From Ignavibacteriales bacterium (GTDB lineage Bacteria > Bacteroidota > Ignavibacteria > UBA10030), in the NCBI GenBank assembly GCA_026390575.1, contig JAPLFR010000016.1:534737-598736 (forward strand): a stretch of DNA of 64,000 nt. Reading direction: 5' to 3'. The stretch's first letter is position 1; each line of letters starts with the position of its first letter. Shown piece by piece: positions 59,742-64,000 of this stretch. The notes beneath the pieces were generated by a model. The model did not search any database. It saw nothing but the letters and a program-made list of their open reading frames with translations, and was not told the origin of the DNA. The position numbers were made by a program, and so were the translations under genes.

Positions 59742-60080
59742 ATGTATTTCCACACGATTGATATTGCCCATCCGCCGCTTACATCCGAGATCGCCGAGGA
59801 AGTGCTTGATGATGAAGTGATCCATGTCCGTTTCACACAAAAATGGCGCGTGCTGAAAGTAATCCATGGTCATGGGATAAACGATCGTCCTGCAGTATTG
59901 AAACAAGTTGTTTATAACTGGGCGTATCGCAATCGAAAGCATCTGAAGGCGGTCATTCCTGGAGAAGAATACAATATTGTAGATACAAGAACACAAGAAA
60001 TGCGAAAACAATGCGGTCAGGTAGCGGATGTGGACCTTGGTGCGTCAAATCCTGGCATGACGTTAATTTGGATAAAATAA
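59742..60080 (+). CDS. stand-alone Smr/MutS2-like domain protein
   Basis: IDIAH, LKVIHGHG, LK..V..W, NPG.T pattern. Confidence 0.7.
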   Translation: MYFHTIDIAHPPLTSEIAEEVLDDEVIHVRFTQKWRVLKVIHGHGINDRPAVLKQVVYNWAYRNRKHLKAVIPGEEYNIVDTRTQEMRKQCGQVADVDLGASNPGMTLIWIK

Positions 60081-60151
60081 TTGTTTGAGTAGTTGAGAGT
60101 AGTCGCTGAAAATATTAGTAAGTGATGTTACACAATGTCAGTTGATTTATA

Positions 60152-60195
60152 GCCACGACCTGTCCCGAAGGGATGGCGTTGCCAAAGGTCGTGGC
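60152..60195. repeat. REP-like palindrome GCCACGACCT...AGGTCGTGGC with nested TCCC-GAA-GGGA hairpin
   Basis: 10-bp perfect stem 60152-60161/60186-60195. Confidence 0.7.
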
Positions 60196-60271
60196 AATAT
60201 TTTGTTGCATTCTGCGTAATATCAATTAGTAATTGAACTATTGAGAGAATATAATAATCAGGAGAATACAC

Positions 60272-61489
60272 TTGAAAAAAGAACGAATTGCCGTCGCGTA
60301 CTCCGGCGGCCTTGATACATCGGTCATTGTGAAATGGCTGCAGGAAAAATACAATGCAGAGATTATTACTGTTACCGGAAATTTGGGACAGAAGAAGGAA
60401 CTTGCAGGCGTGAAAGAAAAAGCGCTCAAGACCGGTGCAAAGAAAGCATACGTTCTGGATTTGCGAAAAGAATTTGTGGAAGAATATATTTGGCCGGTGC
60501 TCAAAGCCGGTGCGATCTACGAGTTTAACTATCCGATGGCAACAGCAATTGGCCGCCCGTTGCTTGCAAAATCCTTAGTGGAAGTCGCTTTGAAAGAAGG
60601 ATGTTCCGCGGTTGCGCATGGCTGCACAGGGAAAGGAAACGATCAGGTTCGTTTTGAAGTTGCCGTTGCGGCGCTCGCCCCGGAATTAAAAGTGCTTGCG
60701 CCGGTGCGTGAGTGGGAATTTAAATCGCGTGAAGAAGAAATTGCGTACTGCGAGAAGTATGGCATTCCAGTTTCCGCAACGAAGAAGAATCCCTATTCAA
60801 TCGATGAAAATCTGTGGGGCACTGCGATCGAGTGCGGCGTATTGGAAGATCCGATGGTCGAACCGCCGGCCGATGCGTATCAACGAACAGTACCAGCGAA
60901 CATGGCGCCGGATGAACCAACGTACGTCACTATTGAATTCAAGTTTGGTGTTCCCATTACATTGAACGGCAAGAAAATGAGCGGTGCAGAATTGATCGAC
61001 CGTCTTAATGACATTGCGGGGGCAAACGGAGTCGGCAGACTTGATCTTGTTGAGAATCGCCTTGTCGGTATTAAGTCCCGCGAAGTGTATGAAGCTCCCG
61101 CGGCGACAGTTCTTCACTTTGCCCATCGCGAGCTTGAACGGCTTGTGCTGGACAAAGACACCGCACACTTTAAAGCCAAACTTGCCAACGATTACGCCGA
61201 CATGATTTATAACGGATTGTGGTTCACACCTCTTCGGGTTGCAATGGATGCGTTTGTGAATGAAACACAAAAAGTAGTGTCCGGATTGGTGAAAGTGAAA
61301 CTCTATAAAGGCAATCTCGATATTGCTGGGCGCACTTCGCCTTCTTCACTCTACGATACGAAGCTGGCGACGTACACAGAGGAAGATTCGTTCGACCATA
61401 AAGCGAGTGTCGGCTTTATCAAAATCTATGGCTTGCCGATAAAAACATTTTATCAGGTGAATAAAGGCTTACTGAAGAAGAAAAAGTAG
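60272..61489 (+). CDS. argG: argininosuccinate synthase
   Basis: [46 protein letters not shown]. Confidence 0.98.
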   Translation: MKKERIAVAYSGGLDTSVIVKWLQEKYNAEIITVTGNLGQKKELAGVKEKALKTGAKKAYVLDLRKEFVEEYIWPVLKAGAIYEFNYPMATAIGRPLLAKSLVEVALKEGCSAVAHGCTGKGNDQVRFEVAVAALAPELKVLAPVREWEFKSREEEIAYCEKYGIPVSATKKNPYSIDENLWGTAIECGVLEDPMVEPPADAYQRTVPANMAPDEPTYVTIEFKFGVPITLNGKKMSGAELIDRLNDIAGANGVGRLDLVENRLVGIKSREVYEAPAATVLHFAHRELERLVLDKDTAHFKAKLANDYADMIYNGLWFTPLRVAMDAFVNETQKVVSGLVKVKLYKGNLDIAGRTSPSSLYDTKLATYTEEDSFDHKASVGFIKIYGLPIKTFYQVNKGLLKKKK

Positions 61490-61514
61490 AACATAAATTA
61501 CATTGCATTCACTC

Positions 61515-61546
61515 AAAAGCCGATAGTCATAGACATCGGCTTTTTT
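61515..61546 (+). terminator. intrinsic terminator after argG
   Basis: AAAAGCCGAT...ATCGGCTTTTTT. Confidence 0.75.
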
Positions 61547-61579
61547 ATTCCAAACAGAACTTGAATTTCACCGCATTTC

Positions 61580-63448
61580 TTGCCTGATTACTACCAAACA
61601 TCCATATCAATATCAGGAAATTTCGTGCTTCGTTCATTTTTCACAATACTTCTTTTCACTTCGAGCATTATAGCTCAGGTCAAAATCGATTCTGTCCTGC
61701 AAAAATCTGTTCCGCTCTATACAAACAAGGATACTTTGTTTCTACAGGTCCAGCGTCCGGACAAGGATACCGTACGGACATTTGCCCCTCGTTATCGGAT
61801 AGCCGCCTGCACACGACCTGATGCGAAAGCATTCATCAACAGTAAGCAGACAAAAGTGTATGCAAGCGGCGCTTTTGTTGATCTCCTGCCGATACGTGTC
61901 GATACTAATACTTTTCGTTTCACAGTAAAATCTGCCACAGGAGATTCGCTGTGGAAAGAATTCGTCATCATCCGTCCGCAGCCGATGAAGAATTCCCCGC
62001 ATGATACGCTCGTCATCGAACAAGCGATGATGGAGCCTGCGGAAGATAGTTGGCTTACATCCGGCGATGTATTGGAAGTGAAGTTTAAAGGAAGTCCGGG
62101 GTGGGAAGCATCGTTTGATATACCGGATGTTGAATCAGGTATTCCCATGCGAGAACTGTCGCCCGCCGAAGGCGGCGGATTTGCCGGGATCTACATTGGC
62201 CGGTATATCGTGAAGCCGGCAGATGAAGCACGAGACGTGCAAATTAAATTTCGTCTCAAGAAAAGTTTTTGGAGCAGCGAAAAGGCTTTATCGAAGGCAA
62301 AAATATCAATACTACAAAAAGATTTGCCGCGCATTGCAGAAGTTGTGGGCAAGCGTCCATATCTCAATGCCGGGCTCGGCGAAGATCGGCTTGGCGGTTC
62401 GAAGCTGGGTTTTCTTCAAGAGGGGGTTCGAGTAGAAATCAACGGTAAGATCGGCTCCCAATATCGTGTTAAACTTTCTGCATCTATGGAAGCATGGCTG
62501 CCGGAAGAATTCGCAAAACTTTTACCGTCTGATACACCGCTGCCGCGCGTGCTCGCCGGAGCCATTTCTGCAACAAGCAACGGCCCGGAAGACATTGTCA
62601 CACTTCCACTTTCCGAAAAACTTCCCTACACCAGTGAATTGTTCGTTCACCCCAATGCACTTGCTGTCGATGTCTATGGTGCAACATCGAACACAAATTG
62701 GATTTCACAGTCTCGTTTCGTAAAAGGAATCGAGAGCATTACATGGAAACAGGTTGCCGCCAATCAGTACCGCATGATTATCGACCTGCTCTATCCGCAC
62801 TGGGGGTACGATATTGATTATACGGGCAGTTCACTGCGAATAAAAATCCGCAGGCCTCCTGTGGTTGCTTCGCCTGATTCAGTCCTTTCAGGACTCATGA
62901 TTGCTGTCGATGCGGGACACGGCGGCGACAGTCATGGTTCTATCGGTGCAACCGGAGTGCTTGAAAAAGATGTGAATATTTTGATGGCTCGTCATCTTGA
63001 AACAATCCTCACTTCTAAGGGCGTTCAGGTTGTGCTCACGCGTACAGAGAACGACGTTCCGGCGATGTCCGAACGTATTGATAAAATTATTCGTTCCAAT
63101 GCACGTTTGCTTGTAAGCATTCACTGTAACTCTGCAGGCGATGCATCCGATCCAATTGCGCTCAGAGGCGTCAGCACGTATTACCGGTCTCTTGGATTCA
63201 AACCGCTTGCCGATATTATGTATGATAAGATGCTTGCACTCGGATTGAAACCATTTGGCGAGGTGGGCGGTTTCAACTTTACGCTCAACTCGCTGACGCA
63301 GCTGCCAAATGTATTGGTGGAAACGGCGTTTCTTTCCAATCCTGAAGATGAAATGCTTCTACTGGATGATGGATTTCGGAAGAAAGTGGCAGAGCAGATA
63401 GTAAAGGGATTGGAAGAGTTTGTCAGAACTTATACGGAAGTGAAATGA
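61580..63448 (+). CDS. N-acetylmuramoyl-L-alanine amidase (Amidase_3) with large N-terminal region
   Basis: VDAGHGG, EKDVN, LTR, SIHCN, LVETAFLSN; start uncertain. Confidence 0.9.
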   Translation: MPDYYQTSISISGNFVLRSFFTILLFTSSIIAQVKIDSVLQKSVPLYTNKDTLFLQVQRPDKDTVRTFAPRYRIAACTRPDAKAFINSKQTKVYASGAFVDLLPIRVDTNTFRFTVKSATGDSLWKEFVIIRPQPMKNSPHDTLVIEQAMMEPAEDSWLTSGDVLEVKFKGSPGWEASFDIPDVESGIPMRELSPAEGGGFAGIYIGRYIVKPADEARDVQIKFRLKKSFWSSEKALSKAKISILQKDLPRIAEVVGKRPYLNAGLGEDRLGGSKLGFLQEGVRVEINGKIGSQYRVKLSASMEAWLPEEFAKLLPSDTPLPRVLAGAISATSNGPEDIVTLPLSEKLPYTSELFVHPNALAVDVYGATSNTNWISQSRFVKGIESITWKQVAANQYRMIIDLLYPHWGYDIDYTGSSLRIKIRRPPVVASPDSVLSGLMIAVDAGHGGDSHGSIGATGVLEKDVNILMARHLETILTSKGVQVVLTRTENDVPAMSERIDKIIRSNARLLVSIHCNSAGDASDPIALRGVSTYYRSLGFKPLADIMYDKMLALGLKPFGEVGGFNFTLNSLTQLPNVLVETAFLSNPEDEMLLLDDGFRKKVAEQIVKGLEEFVRTYTEVK

Positions 63449-63574
63449 TATTGGAAACATAAAGCTGTTGCACCTTTTCACTTTTTCCTTGCTTTCATTG
63501 CTCCCTCCCCTATTTTTAAGTAAATTGAATGAAGCAGTTCTCTTATATCAATCATTATTACTCGGATATCGATC

Positions 63575-64000
63575 ATGCCTACTCAAACGCTTTGGGGCGG
63601 AAGGTTTAAAGAACCTCTTGCTGAAATCGCACTAAAATTTTCTTCTTCCATAGAGTTCGACAAAATACTCTACGAGGAAGATATTGCCGGAAGCATCGCA
63701 CATGTGGAAATGCTTGCAGCGTGCAAAGTACTGACGGCAACTGAGATGCGGCGTATCCGTACAGCCCTGAAATCAATCCAGAAAGAAATTGAAACCGGTA
63801 AGTTTGATTTAACTGCCGAATACGAAGACGTACACATGGCAATCGAACAGCGGCTGACACAAAAAATCGGAGCGCTCGGCGGAAAACTGCACACGGCACG
63901 AAGCCGCAACGATCAGATTGCACTTGACGAACGGTTATTCCTCCGCACTGCAATTCGCGAAATCAGCAAACTTGTCATCAATCTCCAGCGCGTACTGCTT
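63575..64000 (+). CDS. argH: argininosuccinate lyase (N-terminal part; runs off window edge)
   Basis: MPTQTLWGGRF...SI.FD...DIAGSIAH...EDVHMAIE...KLHTARSRNDQIA; absent from ORF track. Confidence 0.96.
   Translation, partial: MPTQTLWGGRFKEPLAEIALKFSSSIEFDKILYEEDIAGSIAHVEMLAACKVLTATEMRRIRTALKSIQKEIETGKFDLTAEYEDVHMAIEQRLTQKIGALGGKLHTARSRNDQIALDERLFLRTAIREISKLVINLQRVLL

Overview
Bacterial chromosomal window; gene content suggests an Ignavibacteria/Chlorobi-type (FCB group) genome, which is an inference. Housekeeping blocks: a his operon (yerC/hisR-hisG-D-C-B-H-A-F, cut at the left edge); an etfBA - DUF151 - TPR - deoxyhypusine-synthase-like - ornithine decarboxylase run; purF; lemA with two htpX paralogs; ychF; and an arg cluster (argC-J-B-R, Smr protein, argG, amidase, argH cut at the right edge). 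Most notable is ~28.7-34.5 kb, where nine short, unrelated, co-oriented genes (including a Zn-ribbon/Mrr-type nuclease) are separated by a shared degenerate palindromic repeat with attC-like ends. This resembles an integron cassette array with no integrase in the window. A second unusual block (~20.2-25.8 kb) holds apparently catalytically dead proteins: an EEP-fold lipoprotein, two tandem TPR/TerB-like/receiver proteins with Asp->Glu at the phosphoacceptor, and an M23 protein lacking Zn ligands. Also seen: HisR-type operators, a 23-bp tandem duplication creating a coupled uORF, ARG boxes, REP-like palindromes, heptamer repeats, a Cys1-less PurF and an intact/degenerate PAP2 pair. I saw no rRNA, tRNA, CRISPR array, transposase or integrase. 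All assignments come from motif recognition by eye; no database searches were run.
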